Part shown: positions 1 through 13,492 of the stretch, in pieces
Position numbering within the stretch: the stretch's first letter is position 1
Layout of the letters: each line of letters opens with the position of its first letter
Assembly (NCBI RefSeq): GCF_018350175.1
Contig: NC_058368.1
Coordinates: 35,342,001-35,406,000, forward strand
Reading direction: 5' to 3'
Length of the DNA: 64,000 nucleotides
Origin: Felis catus
Taxonomy: Eukaryota
Position numbers and translations under genes: made by a program
The notes under the pieces: model-generated
Told to the model about the DNA's origin: nothing
Database searches by the model: none
What the model saw: only the letters and a program-made list of their open reading frames with translations

Positions 1-356
1 GGTATTATGCTAAGTGAAATAAGTCAGAGAAAGACAAATAAGATGATTTCACTTGTATGTGGAATCTAAACACAAAACAAAACAGACTCATAGAGAGAAC
101 TAATGGTGCCAGAGAGGAGGGGGGGTAGGGGATTAAGAGGTAAAATCTTCCAATTATAAAACAAGTAAGACATGGGGATATAATGTGTAGCATAGGAAAT
201 ATAGTAAGTAATATTGTAACAAGTTTGCATCATGGCAGATGATAATTGGACTTATTATGGTGACCATTTCATAATGTATGCAAATATCAAATCACTATGT
301 TTATTGTTCACCTGAATCCAACACAACACTGTATGCCAATTATTCTTCAATAAAAA
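1..356 (+). mobile_element. LINE-1 3' end fragment (L1MA/L1_Carn-like)
   Basis: ORF2 C-terminal motif ATGCTAAGTGAAATAAGTCAG, a typical L1 3'UTR and terminal CAATAAAAA. Confidence 0.85.
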
Positions 357-2949
357 GAGTAGTAATTATTGCAGTGCCCACCAAAAACAGGCAATTGAAA
401 CAAACAACATATGTCATATTATCATCCATACTATTATTAGACTTTCCAAATTCACTATTCAAGTCTACAGTTTTGGTAGAGATATTAAAAAAAAAAATTC
501 CATATAACACCAAATCTTATTTTACTCACTGAAAGTTTTTGCCAAGTTGATCTCTTTCAAAATATGTTAGGGTATTCCTCTGAAACTCACATCCAAAATC
601 TCTTACCCAAATGAGGGAATTGGATTCTGTATTTTCTAAATTTCCCTTCAACTCTTATAAGCTGATTTTATGATTGTACCTTTTCCTTTAATTCTTGGAA
701 CACCTTTTATTAGAACTGTTAACAAGTATGAGCATAGTCTAATTTCAGTTTTCTACCAAAGCTAATGAGTATAATAATCAAATGGGAGCAGAAATCTAGA
801 AGGAGGAGAACTAAGAGGGCAAAAATTTAAAGAGAAACAGACTGAAATAATCAGCTAACAAAGTAACCAAGAGTTAACATTCTGTTCATCTTACTTACTA
901 CAGCATTCTATTATATATATTTCACACAGTCATTGGATTGCCTAAAACAAACGTTTGAAAATTACAAAGTTTAAGTGTCCATGGATAATGAGGCAGGAGA
1001 CAATTGTCACTTCCTGATTCAGATAGGATATGAAGGATCACCAGTCTGAGATAAGAGAGGGGAAAAATTTCATGTTACCTATGGTGAATTTGAACTGCCT
1101 AGAAAGAAATAGTTTCTGGGAGTTAGTTTCTTAGCAACTTGGTGCTGTGGCATAAGGCATTCTCCACTTTTTACTTTTCAAGCAGGTTGGTCTGAAGCAT
1201 TGCTGGAACAAATTTTAACAAAAGAGCCGGATCCAGCATTTGTGATGTTTCATTCCCAGGAAGTTAGTGGGTTCCCTGGATTCAAGGATAGATACTGGGT
1301 TACACACACTTGGTATTGCGAGCATTCTGATTTTGTCCACAAACACTAAATTCTCTATTTATGCAACCCAAACACTGATGTTAAATAACTCGCAAAGGAA
1401 ACATGGTAATGCAGAGATTGCTAAAATAATCAGGCAGGAAGCAAAGGAGGCCAAAGAGAGAATTTCACATCAGAAACCTGTTCTATTTTCCCACTGAGGC
1501 TAAAGTAACTACGAATCATTTTAATTAATCTGCCATAAAATGTCACAGCCTAAATGAGTTCAAAGGATTTCAATTCAATCCATAGTGCAACACAAATACC
1601 ACCATGAGCTAGAGCCAATGCTGCAGCCTTAAATCTGAGAGACATGCAGATAAGAAGACAGGTGTATGCATAAAAGAATCAAGTATAGTAGAAACCAATT
1701 ACAGCAAAGTCGTTTTTCTTCCATAAGAAAAAAATTGTATTATAAAAAGAAAAATTACTACAATGAAAGGGACTGTGACTTCTCTAATGATTGAAGTATC
1801 TACATACTTTCTTGATGAAATGAATTTCACTCAGGGTGAATTATAAATAAATTGTCCAGCTTGCCATGCATATTATAGTTCTACTGAGAATCGTACCACC
1901 TGCACTGAAAGATATATTTGCCACCTCATGTCCTAAACAATCCGATGTAATTAATGGGGCAGTTATAATTAATATGATGTTTTCATATCTAAGATTAAAT
2001 ATGCAGATGGTGACAAAAGTCTAGGGTACATCTGGTTCCAAATAAGAGCCTGACAAAGACTCTCTTGCTTGATTTGTTACTTAAATATTTGACAGGGAAC
2101 AGAGATCTAATATGTAATTTTGCAGGTGAACGTCACCACCCAGCTAATCCTACTGTGGATATCTTTATATTTCAGATACATAGTACTCTTTCTACCCTCA
2201 GCAGATTGCTTTTGTTGGCAGCTGAACACTTAAGCATGGCAAAAATGTATTATTAGCAAAAATCTGGCTTATTATTCAATTATCAATGGCTGGTTGAACT
2301 CTCAAAGTAGACTAAGTACGGCTTTGATAAGTATGCAGAAGTTCTCAAAATGTTCTAAAATAATAATATCACAAAATGAAGCTTTTCTGGATGTTTTTTT
2401 GTATTTGCTAAGGTAGATCTGTCTTTTCCTCATTCAATATAACTATGACCATATTATGCCAAAATGGACTTCAGGCTCTTGGTGTTTTTTAAGTGTTCAC
2501 ATATTATGTTTAAAATAAAAAATAGATGAGAGGAAAGTTCTAGGTTTGTCCTTTAATTAAAAGACATGTGTTACACAATATATTTGTAGCTAGTATTTGA
2601 ATCAACAATACAGTTTTTTATCATTACTATGAACTCAACATTGTATGACTTTAGGAAAGTTATTTAATTTCTCTTGATTTCAGCTACAGTGACAGTGATA
2701 ATGATATTTCATAACATTTTCTGATAATGAAATGTGTCAGACTAGTACAGTTTACAGTTCCCAACATAAGGCAGATATTCATTATGTTGGTTTTATTTCT
2801 GCTGTGAGTAAACATTTCCTTCTTTCCTTCTTTGTCTCCTTCATCCTACTCCTTATTTCTTCATTTTTGACAACAAGGTTTTTAGATTTGCAGGACAAAA
2901 AAATTAACAGAAATTTAGGTGCCTTCCATTTCTCCCACTACACCATAGC

Positions 2950-3125
2950 CTTCCATCCCTCCATGACGGTATTACCATGTTGTATTGTATTTGTCCTTAC
3001 TTATTTCTTTTCCACTTGACTGTAAACTCGGTAAGAGCAAGAACATATATTGTCATCTTTATATCCTTAGAATTGAGTACATTTCAAACACACAATAAAC
3101 TAACAATAAGTACATGTTGAACAAA
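2950..3125 (+). mobile_element. L2 3' end fragment
   Basis: TTGACTGTAAACTC...AGAGCAAGAAC...CAATAAGTACATGTTGAA resembles the L2 3' tail. Confidence 0.55.
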
Positions 3126-3917
3126 CCGATACTGGGAATATAAAATGTGGTCCCTGCTCCTGAAATGGGCATATAAAATATAATTTTTCAAACCCTCACA
3201 TGCATAATTCTATGCAGAATATAAAATGCTTCCATGCACATATGCCATTCTTTTCATCTATGCAACAGTCTTGAGGGATGTGTTAGCATGACAAAAGCAG
3301 TCAAAAGACCTGTACCTAACACCGGGTCAATACCAGCCACCTGGCCTGAGGCTATGACTCTCATAGGCTGTCTTCTCATCTACAAACAAGATTTTAAAAG
3401 TATGTCAAAATGCATATGAACTTTAAAAATATACATATGGGAAAGGTCTATAAACGCTTATGCAAAAAAAGATAGGTTATAAGTAATTAGTTATTAGATG
3501 TCATCTTCACTTAACAATTCAGAGAAAAACGTGATGACTAAAAAGGCCGTATTTTGTATGGAGAGATTGACAGGGATGATCGGTACAATGGAAACAGAGA
3601 ACTAGGCCTATAAGAAGTCAGAGTTCCTCTGAGTCTTGGATGAAAAATGGGTGAAAGGCAGGAAGAACATTCTGAACAAAGGCTTAATATGTAGCACAAG
3701 AAGATTATTTGTGGAAGAGTAAAAAAAAAATCATCTTTGCTGGAATTCAATGTTGGTATTTGGAAATAACAGGAGATGAACTTGGATAGCTAAAGGGCTC
3801 ATAGTGTGGGAGACTTTGAATGCCAACTTTTTTCATGTCGATAATAATATATTTCATGTGGAAAAAATAATATTTTATGTAACCAATGATGTAAGGCGAA
3901 TGGAATTTGGGGAAAAT

Positions 3918-3994
3918 AAGCCCAATTATATCCATTGGATAGATGGATATAACTGGGTAAGCCCAGTTATATCCATGGATATCCACTGGATAGA
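3918..3994. repeat. Short direct-inverted-direct repeat with a 15-bp perfect hairpin
   Basis: CCCAATTATATCCAT (3921-3935), ATGGATATAACTGGG (3943-3957), TAAG loop, CCCAGTTATATCCAT (3962-3976). Confidence 0.9.
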
Positions 3995-4786
3995 GGTGAA
4001 AGTTTAGAGCACAGAGATTGGTTGTAAGGCTATTTCCATGTGGAAATAATAGTAAAAAGGAAGGGAGGTAGGGAAGGAGGGGAGAAGGAAGGAAAGAAGG
4101 AAGGGAAGGAGGGAGGAAGAGAGGAAAGGAAGCTACTCCAGTCTATTCAGAAATGAAGACCCCAAACAAAGCTTAAGGAATAAAGTACTCATGGGAAATG
4201 AAAGGAGGGGTGATGAATTCAACCTCATAATTAAGGAGCATGGAGTTAGTATAAGCTTCAAATACATGGAGTACGGCCTTAGGACACAAGAGTAAGACAT
4301 GCTTGATTAGCCAGATGTATAGTGGTGAGTCCATCAGTCCTAGGGATGAATAGCTTTCAGGAAGAGGTCCATGATATCAAGTCTTTACTGAGTATGAGTA
4401 AGTAAACATGAATATAGCATTACAGAAGAAAAAGTCAAACACTCTGAGAATACAGCTTTGGAAAATCAATATCTTATTTATATTTAAATGGTATGAACAT
4501 AATAATATTGTACCTGGAGATAAGACTCAAATATGTAAAGTTTTATCCCAATAGGTTAGTATACAATGAGAAGAGTGAAGAAGTCCATGTAAGAATAATC
4601 ACTAACAGTATGATGTAATAAGCATTTTGTTCTACTAGCTCTAAAATTACTACTAACGAATTGCCAGATTCATAATTAAAGTGGAGAAAAAGCAGGCCAA
4701 AGAACTCACCCCAAAAGCGTTTGGAGGAAATTAGTTAACTGGAAGTCTAACACCTGAACTAGAAATCAACACACACAAAGAGAAGG

Positions 4787-5172
4787 TGATGGTCAATTTT
4801 ATAAAGCAACTTGGCCAGCCTATGGTGTCCAGATATTTGGGCGAACATTATTCTGGATGTTTCTGTGAGGATATTTTAGGTGAGATTAGCACTAAAATTA
4901 GTAGACTTTGAGTAAAGCAGATTGTCCTCCATAATATGATTGTGAATCAACCAATCAGTTGAAGGCCTGAATAAAAAGACTGACCTCCCCTGAGCTAGAG
5001 GGACTTCTGCCAGCAGAAGACTTTTGAACTACAACATTAGTTTTTCCCTGGATCTCCAGTCTGGCAACCTCCCCTGCAGATTTGGGACTTGCCAGTCTCT
5101 GGAATTGCATCAGCCAATTCCATATATACAGGCCTAGTGGATCTATTTAATTGGAGAACCCTGACTAACACA
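4787..5172 (+). mobile_element. ERVL solo LTR, MLT2 family
   Basis: TGATGGTCAATTTTAT...CCAGATATTTGG...GACTTTGAGTAAAGCAGATTGTCCTCCATAAT...GGAGAACCCTGACTAACA are characteristic of MLT2. Confidence 0.85.
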
Positions 5173-7329
5173 GAGAGTAAAACACACCTACGAGCAATAT
5201 CATCCCAGGACTGTATATGCAGTGGGTAAGACATGTGAACATTCAGCAACATAGATATTCAGCAAATATTTCATAATTTAGTCTGTAAACAAAATTGAAT
5301 ATATCTGGGTTTAAATGGACTTCCAAATGTGAAATATCTTGTATAAAATAGTATAAATTCTACAGAAAGTCAGAAATTCTCTTATGTTTATATATCACTA
5401 CCAGTCATGGACGAACATCACAGGAAGTAAGAAAAATCATTCAATTTTAGAGAAAATCAAGGTAGTTTCAGATATTTAATAGCTCTCTATTTCCACTTTT
5501 AAAATAAGAGCATATATGAAAACAACTATTTGAAATTATAAAAGAACACTTCATTTTCATAGAACTTTACAGTTTACAAAACACTTACATGAATGTTATG
5601 TATATTTATTGATATATACCAACAGATGTTTATAGTTTTTTTCATAAATTGTAAAACACAGATGCAAATGTAAAATATCAATAGCTATTTATAGTCATTT
5701 TATTGAACAATTTTAACTTGCTCAGTTATGCTTTGAAATAGTTTTATTTTTTTCCTCCAATTCTTGCCAATCAAATCTTTTCTGTTCATTCAAGTTATCT
5801 TACACAGATCCTATAGATTTGGGGTCACTTTCAACCATAAAAATACAGAGTAATAAAATTCCAATCCCATATTCCCTTTCCCCCAAAACCAACCATAAAG
5901 CTTTTGAGAGGGAAGTGAGAATAATCTGCCTCCCCCTACTACTTTTTCTGGTTTTAGTTTCTCTCTGGGTGAAGACAGAGAAGAATGGAAGGGAAAGGGC
6001 AAGAGTTTCTTCACTTGGCTGCCATCCTACATTGGCTGTCACTGCACTCCAGCTAACAATGACTTGCCCTGAAATGTGCAAAATGTGCAAAAGGCCTAAG
6101 CTCACTTCTGCTAATATTCTATTTCCCAAAGCAAATCAAGAACCCACTCCATACATAAGAGATGGTGGAGGAAGGAGAGAGGGGTCAAAGAGTCTGGGAA
6201 GACAACAGAGTAGGAAGCACCAGGAATCTGTTTCGGTTCCTAGACAACAATTGCACTGCCAATTGATAGGATTCCTTTGGAACTCTGTAATATGTTAAAG
6301 GCTTCCAATTTGGAGGGAAAGCCTTGAAGGATAAACTGAGATTAATTTTGTCCAATTTCAGCTCTTAGTACGGTAGCAGCTACCCATTCCTGACCCCCAG
6401 CCACATGGCAGGCAGCTCTGCATGTGTTCCTGGAGCTTCTTGCACACAGCTTATTGGAGCTAGGGTTGGAAATCTGAAAAGGGAATTACAAAAACAATTC
6501 CATTTATAATCAAAAAGAACAAAGTATTTATGGAATTAACTTGACCAAAGAGGTAAAAGACTCGTACAATGAAAACTACAAAGCATTGTGGAAAAAAAAA
6601 ATTGAAGACAATATAAATAAATGGAAACACATCTCAGGTTAATTGACTGAAAGAGCTAATATTGTTAAAATTTTAGCATTTCCCAAAGTGATCTACACAT
6701 TCAGTGCAATCCCTACCAAAATCCCAATGATGTTTTTTGCATAAATAGAAAAACCCACCCTAAAATTTATATGGAATCTCAAAGAGTTTTGAAGGGACAA
6801 AATGATCTTGAAAAAGAACAAAGTAAGAGAACCTATCTGATTTCAAAACCTACTACAAAGCTACAGTAATGAAAACAGTATGGTACTGCCATAAAGACAG
6901 ATATATAGACCAATAGAATAGAATGGAAATAAAGCCTTGCATATATGGTCAAGTGGCTTTTGACATGGGTGCCAAGACCATTCAATGGGGAATAGCTAAG
7001 TCTTTTTAACAAATGGTGCTGAAAAAACTGGATATCCACACGCAAAAGACTGAAGTTGGACCCTTATCTATCAAGACACTGTATACAGAATTAACTCAAA
7101 ATGAATCAAGACCTAAATGTAAGACCCAAAAAAATAAAACTCATAGAAAAAACACATAGGACAAAAACTTCACGACACTGGATTTAGCAGTGACTTCTTG
7201 GACATGCCTCCAAAGGCATAGGTAAAGGCAAATTGGACTCAATGAAAAGAAAAGTGTACATCAAAAGACACTATGCACAGAATAAAAAGACAACCTACAG
7301 AATAAGAGAAAATATTTGCAAATCCTGTA

Positions 7330-7524
7330 TTTTTAAAATTTATTTATTTATTTTGAGAGAGAGCATGCATGAAGGAGGGAAGAGAGGGAGAGAGAGAATC
7401 CCAAGCAGGCTCCTCACTGTCAGTGTCGAGCCTGACATGGGGCTCAATCTCACAAACCGTGAGATCATGACCTGAGCTGATATCAAGAGTCAGATGCTTA
7501 ACCAACTGAGCCACCCAGGTGCCC
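7330..7524 (-). mobile_element. CAN-SINE (SINEC_Fc-type)
   Basis: TTTATTTATTTTGAGAGAG...TGAGCCACCCAGGTGCCC, reverse orientation of the tRNA-derived SINE. Confidence 0.95.
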
Positions 7525-7891
7525 TACAAACCATATACCTGATAAGGGATTAATATCCAGAATATATAGAAAACTCCCAAAACTCAACAAGAAAAAAAAA
7601 CTAAAAATGCACAAAGGACTTCAACAGACATTCTTTAAAGAAGATAATATGAGAAAACAATAAGCACACAAAAAGAGGTTCAACATTGCTAATTATTAGG
7701 GAAATGCAAACAAACTACAGTGAGATACTACTTCATACCTATGAGGATGGCTATTATCAAAAAAAACAAAAACACAGTAAACAATATGTGCTGATGAGGA
7801 TGTGGAGAAACTGGAACTCTGTACACTGTTGGTGGGAATGTAAAATGGTACCACTGTCAAGGAAAATGGTTCCTCAAAAAGTGAAAAAGAA

Positions 7892-8099
7892 GGGCACCTG
7901 GGTGACTCAGTCAATTAAGCATTGAACTTTGGCTCAGGTCGCCATCTCACAGTTTTTGAGCTTGAGCCCCACGTCAGGCTCTGCACTGATAGCTCGGAGC
8001 CTGGAGTCTGCTTCGCATTCTGTCTCCCTCCCTCTCTCTACTCCCTCCCCAACTTGTGCTCTTTCTCTCTCTCAAAAATAAATAAACATTTTTAAAAAA
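7892..8099 (+). mobile_element. CAN-SINE (SINEC_Fc-type)
   Basis: GGGCACCTGGGTGACTCAGTC head, CT-rich tract, AAAATAAATAAAC tail. Confidence 0.95.
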
Positions 8100-9311
8100 T
8101 TAAAAATAGAATTACCATGTGACTCAGGAATCCCACTTCTGGGTATACTACCCCAAAGAATTAAAAGCAAAGTCTCAGAGAGACAATTATACAACCAAGT
8201 TCATAGCACCATTAATCTGAAAGCAACCCAAGTGTCCATCAACAGATGAATGGATGAGAAAAATGTGGTGTATACAAGCAATGCAGTATTATTCAGCCTT
8301 AAAAAAAAAAAAGGACATTCTGCAATACGCTACAACATGGATGAAACTAGAGGGCATTGCACTAAGTGAAAGAAGTGAGTCAGAAAAAAACAACTATGTG
8401 ACTCCACTTATTGAGATACTTCTAGTAGTCAAATTATATAGGCAGAAAATATAATGGTGGTTGCCAGGCCTACAAGGGAGGGGAGAATGGGGAGTAACTG
8501 GTAGGTACAGAGTGTATTTTAAAAGATGAAAAGAATTACGGGGTGGATGTAGTGATGGCTGCACAACAACGTGGATGTACTTCTACCACTATACTCTTAA
8601 AAATGATTAAGATGGTAAATTTTATGTTACATACTTAACACAATAAAAAAAAAGAAAAAAAGAAATGAAAATAGGGGCAAGATTCCACCTATTATTAGAA
8701 GAACCTGAAAAGTCACATTGCAAAGGATAAGGGAGAGGCACTTGGTGTTACTTTGCAATCTTTCTGCTAGACAAGGAGCACCTCAGGGCAGTAGGGACAG
8801 AAAAGTCACAGCACCCCCTCCTAGCCTCCAGCTCCCACCCCCCTCCGAAGTCCTACTGAGGCAAAAAGAAAATACCCACTCCACATCCTTTTATGACAGT
8901 ATTATTGTATCAATTTGATCTGGTTGGGTAGATGGAACTGCAATTTCACTTCATTTATCAGACTTCTGGAAGGATTAAGGTCCAGAATTCAGGGGCACAT
9001 AGCCTGGAGCTCAAACCAAACCTGAGTCTCCTGATTCCAAGTTGTGGTTCCATGATTTCTCTACTCAAGTGTTTAACATTGGCAGTTTGGTTGGGAAGAG
9101 GAACTAACAAACTTCTCTGAAAGCTACATTTGCATAGCTCTTAACCTAAGAATGAAAAGACCTCACTGTCCACTCAAAAAAATGGGTGAATGAGTCAATG
9201 TCAGTTATGAAGAGAGTGAACCATCACACCCTCCCACCAAGCCAATACTTGGTAATTAATGCCTCTACTCCAAAACCAGTGCTCTTCCCACTCACTATAC
9301 ATCCTTATCTC

Positions 9312-9746
9312 TTACAGTGAATGGTACTGTGTCCTCCAGAAAGATATGTCAATGTCCTAACTCCTGGTACCTGTGAAGATGACCTTATAGACATAAGATC
9401 TTTACATTTTATCAAGTTAAGATGAGGTCGTACTGGATAAGGGTGGGCACTAATCCAAAAATGAGTGTCCTTTTAAGAGGGAAATTGGACCTGGAGACAC
9501 ACAGTAAAGAACACCATGTGACAACAGAGGCAGAGATTGAAGTGATGTATCTACAAGCTTTGAATGCCAAGGGCTGCTGCAACTACCAGAAGCTAGCACA
9601 AGGCCAGAAAGATCATCCTCTAGAGCCTTCAGAGAGCTGATAACATGACTTCAAACGACTAACCTCCGGAACTGTGAAGACAATAAATTTCTGTTGTATT
9701 AAGTCACTCAGTTTGTGGTAATTTGTTACAGCAGCCTTAGGATACA
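9312..9746 (+). mobile_element. MaLR solo LTR (MLT1B/C-like)
   Basis: CCAGAAAGATATGTC...AAGTTAAGATGAGGTC...GAGGCAGAGATTG...GGTAATTTGTTACAGCAGCC. Confidence 0.85.
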
Positions 9747-10736
9747 CCTTTCAACTTCTTCCAATGTTTTTTTTTAAACTTCTTCCACAATAAATACCCC
9801 AGTGAACACCTTGTGTAATCTAATGAAGAGAAAAAGAATCACAGACAAATCGGCATTTCATATTTATTAAAATGAAGAAGAGGGGAGTCAAAAAGAACAA
9901 AGAGCTTTAGCTTTCGAATATTGTTTTTTCCTCTCCAATTCTCACCAGGACAGGCCCCTACCTAAAACGGCCACATGAAGCTGATCTCTAAGCTTTCAGA
10001 ACAATTTTATTTGACCTTTACTTAAAGACCACCTCTACCAGGGAACTGACTTTGTTCCATCCCCTTGGGCTGATGCAGAAGGCAGGTTTCATAGTGTTCC
10101 TTTCATGGTTCTGCTTGGGAATCTAAAACCTGTTTATCCTAAAAGAAACCAACCTGAAAGTGCCAAGTGAGGCAATAAGAAAACATATTTCATGCACTTC
10201 TGAGAAAAAATATGCAGGGAAGAAAAATGAAGAGAATAAAATAGTCTGTTTATCTGAAAACTATGTTTTTTCATGCTAAGTACTATGTTTATAGAGCCAA
10301 TTTATCATGTCCACCAATAAGTGGAAGTGAAGCATGTTTCTTCCACACATTGTTTGACACGGAAAGTGAGTATTTTATTGGCATTGGATAATTTAAACTC
10401 ACATAGTGGTGTCTGGAGTATATTAGCAGCATACCATGCAAAGATTAGATTGTTTGGCAATTTGCGTACCAGAGAGCAGCAGTCCAAAATAATTCAGGAA
10501 ACAGACAAGGGCGAAAGTGTGAGATAGCTGCTTTATGTCAGACAAATACAGCTGTCCTTAAGACAACACTGATAAAACCTAAGAAACCAGTTTGCTACTA
10601 GTTTAATTGCAGAGTTAAAGACAGTGATGTGGAAATACTGATCCAACCACATATACAGAACTGATATATCTTCAGGCAATCTGTTGGATTTATCTGACCT
10701 GTTTTTGTTTCCAGCTCTCCTATAACAAACAACATA

Positions 10737-10741
<5 letters not shown>

Positions 10742-10781
<40 letters not shown>
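10742..10781. repeat. (AC)20 microsatellite
   Basis: Direct reading. Confidence 0.98.
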
Positions 10782-10785
<4 letters not shown>

Positions 10786-10807
10786 AATGATAGGGAAAAC
10801 AAGAGTG

Positions 10808-11010
10808 CTTTGTGGTTAAAAATGTTGGCTTTGAAATTAGACTACCTGAATTTGAATTCTAGGTTTAACATTTACTGCTATGCAAATTTTATCTGTAAGA
10901 CAGAGATTATAGTTCATATCTCATACATACCACTGTGATGAGTATTAAAGAGGACAATTCATGCAAAATGCAACCTGAGGCACAGAATAAGTGGCAGTAA
11001 GTGTCAGGTA
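10808..11010 (+). mobile_element. MIR fragment
   Basis: GTGGTTAAAA...GGCTTTGAAATTAGACTACCTGAATTTGAATTCTAGG...ATCTGTAAGACAGAGAT core. Confidence 0.7.
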
Positions 11011-11118
11011 TCATCATCGCCATCATCGTCACTGTCATATACATGCACATATTTGGTTGTTAATGTACATTTGCACAACTAGAAGCATGTATAGGTTTGT
11101 ATATACACTTACAGGCTT

Positions 11119-11308
11119 GGGTGCCTGGGTGGCATTAAGCATCCAATTCTTAGTTACGGCTCAGGTCATGGGTTCAAGCCCTGCATAGGGCTCTGTGCTG
11201 ACAGTGCAGAGCCTGCTTAGGATTCATTCTCTCTCTTTCTCTCTCCCTCCCTCACTCTGCCCCTTCCCTTCTTGCTCTCTCAAAATAAATGAATAAACTT
11301 AAAAAAAA
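11119..11308 (+). mobile_element. CAN-SINE
   Basis: GGGTGCCTGGGTGGC head, CT tract, A-rich tail. Confidence 0.92.
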
Positions 11309-11374
11309 TAAAGTTGGGGGCCTATGAGCTTAAGATAGGATTGGAATTTGGGGGAATTATATTAAATTTTCTTT

Positions 11375-12158
11375 AAAAATATTGTGCTGACAATACCAAA
11401 TGCTGGTGAAAACAGAGCAACAGGAGCTTTCATTCACTGCTAGTAAGAATGCAAAAATATTACAGCCATTTTGGAAGACAGTTTGAAGGTTTCTTACAAA
11501 ACTAAACATACTCATAGCATAGGATCCAGCAACTGCACTCCTTGGTATTTCCCACAGAAGCGGAAAACTGTGTTCACACAAAAACCTACACCTGGATGTT
11601 TCTGGCAGCTTTATTCACTGTTGCCAAAACTTGTAAGCAACCAAGATGCCCTCCAGTAGATGAATGGATAAATAAACTGTACTACATCCATTTAATGGAA
11701 TATTATTCAGAGCTAAAAAGAAATGCTGCATGATTCCAACTCTCTGACATTCTGGAAAAGGCAAAACTATGGAGACAGTAAGAAGAGAAGTGGCTGTCTT
11801 TGTGGGAGGAGGACATACAGGTGAAGCACAGAGAATTTTTAAGGAAGTGAAACTACTCTGTGCCTCACTAAAATGGTGGATACATGTCATTATACATTTG
11901 TTCAAACCCACCAAATGCACAACACCAAGAGTGAGCTGTAATATAAACTATGGACTTTGGGTGATTATGAAGTAATCCTACATGAATCACTGTAAATTCA
12001 TCACTTATAACAAATGCACCACTCTAGTGTGGAAAGTCAGTAATGGGAGAGACTATGAAGTCTGGGGGGGGGGGGCAGGGAATATATGGGAAATCTCTGG
12101 GCCTTCTATTCAATTTTCCTGTTCTAATAAAACTGTCCTAAAAAATGAGGTCTTAAAA
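11375..12158 (+). mobile_element. LINE-1 3' end (L1MC-like)
   Basis: CTGACAATACCAAATGCTGG...GGAAAAGGCAAAACTATGGAGACAG...AAACTATGGACTTTGGGTGAT, typical L1MC 3'UTR. Confidence 0.88.
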
Positions 12159-12287
12159 ATATATATATATATATATATTTTATTTTATTTTATATATATA
12201 TAAAATATATATTATTTTTTTTATTTTATAAAAGTTTTATTTTATATATATATATATAATATATATATATATATATAAAATAAAACT
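12159..12287. repeat. AT-rich (TA)n low-complexity tract containing an inverted repeat
   Basis: (TA)n runs; AGTTTTATTTTA(TA)n...(TA)nAAAATAAAACT at 12233-12287. Confidence 0.9.
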
Positions 12288-12987
12288 CAGGAAAATGTCT
12301 CATAGCTCAAACCCAATCAAAAGGCCAGTTAATTAATAAAGAAAATCTGCCTAACATTGACAAATCTTGTCAGCTAGTCAACCTAGATAAATCAGCATTG
12401 TCTCATCTACCCATTTATGGACCATTTGATTCATGCTATGAAGGATGGGATACTATGATTAAAGATAAAAAGTAACTAAAACCAAAGGTATTGAGGGAGA
12501 ATTAGAAATAGGTCAATTTGTCTGGCTCAGCAGGTGGTAACTGAAATCACACTAGACCAGAGACAAACCCCAGCTTTCACTCTCTGACCTGAAGTAGGAA
12601 TATCAGGTTTTTCACAGCCTCAATATTGGGCTGGTTGATTTTCATTTCAATTACAAGCAAAGGTTATGTGATACTGAGCAACTGTATATTAAAGTACTTT
12701 CTATGGTTCATCAAACTAGAAAATGATAATAGAATTATGAAGCTCATTGTCATAAGTCATCTTAATATGAGGTTAAAAAAATAAATAAAACTAGGAAAAC
12801 CAGTCTAAAGATGTTAAACTCTCCATTCTAGCCCACGGAAAGCCAGTAAAGAATTTTACGTTGACCAAAATGGTGTCTTAATGGGTTGTTCTTTCAGCTA
12901 TTATGTGGCCTTATTTTTATTGGGTCATATTTTTCTTCTTTCAATTCAGATGAGATCAGAAATAAAGCTTTATAGAATATGTTTTTG

Positions 12988-13199
12988 GGGGCGCCTGGGT
13001 GGCTCAGTCGGTTAAGCGTCCGACTTCGGCTCAGGTCATGATCTCATGGCTTCTGAGTTCAAGCCCCGCATCAGGCTCTGTGCTGACAGCTCAGAGCCTG
13101 GAGCCTGCTTCAGACTCTGTCTCTCCCTTTCTCTCTGCCCCTCCCCCACTTGTGCTCTGCCTCTCTCTGTCTCAAAAATAAATAAAACATTAAAAAAAA
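12988..13199 (+). mobile_element. CAN-SINE (SINEC_Fc) with 14-bp TSD
   Basis: Full head and tail; TSD AGAATATGTTTTTG (12974-12987) / AGAATACGTTTTTG (13200-13213). Confidence 0.97.
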
Positions 13200-13492
13200 A
13201 GAATACGTTTTTGCTCCTCAGACTTTACTATAGAAAATATATATTAAAAAACAATTTGTGACATTTACAAACATGATTCCCTGGCTAACGATCACCCTAA
13301 TAGTGCCACACATAAAAACATTTACAGGAAGATGGATTTAAAGACCTATCAGAAATGCATTATTTTCCATACAATAATGTTTAGCTCTATTTTTGAAGAA
13401 ATATTATACCTTATGTACCAATATAAGTGTACTTCATTTGCCTTCTACCATAACTTCTATCTGTGTAGTAGATCATATCATTGTTCAAAACT

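Larger units (their letters stand above)
6480..8670 (+). mobile_element. Old LINE-1 (L1MB-like) 3' ORF2 and 3'UTR, degenerate, interrupted by two CAN-SINEs
   Basis: Degenerate ORF2 motifs (TACTACAAAGCTACAGTAAT, HCWWECK, ATTWMKLE), 3'UTR and A-tail. Confidence 0.9.

Noticed and set aside
1187..1262. Possible exon WSEALLEQILTKEPDPAFVMFHSQE
   Set aside because: Weak donor (GAA|GTTAGT), no partner exons and no recognised homology
5819..6298. 159-aa ORF with overlapping antisense ORFs
   Set aside because: TTG start, no recognisable homology or exon structure; likely chance
12988..13070. tRNA-like A/B boxes in SINE heads
   Set aside because: CAN-SINEs are tRNA-derived; these are not tRNA genes
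12999..13181. Recurrent ~60-aa ORFs MAQSVKRPTSAQV... (also at 27818, 28263, 50677, 61843, 63311)
   Set aside because: Translations of CAN-SINE bodies from near-cognate or chance starts, not a gene family
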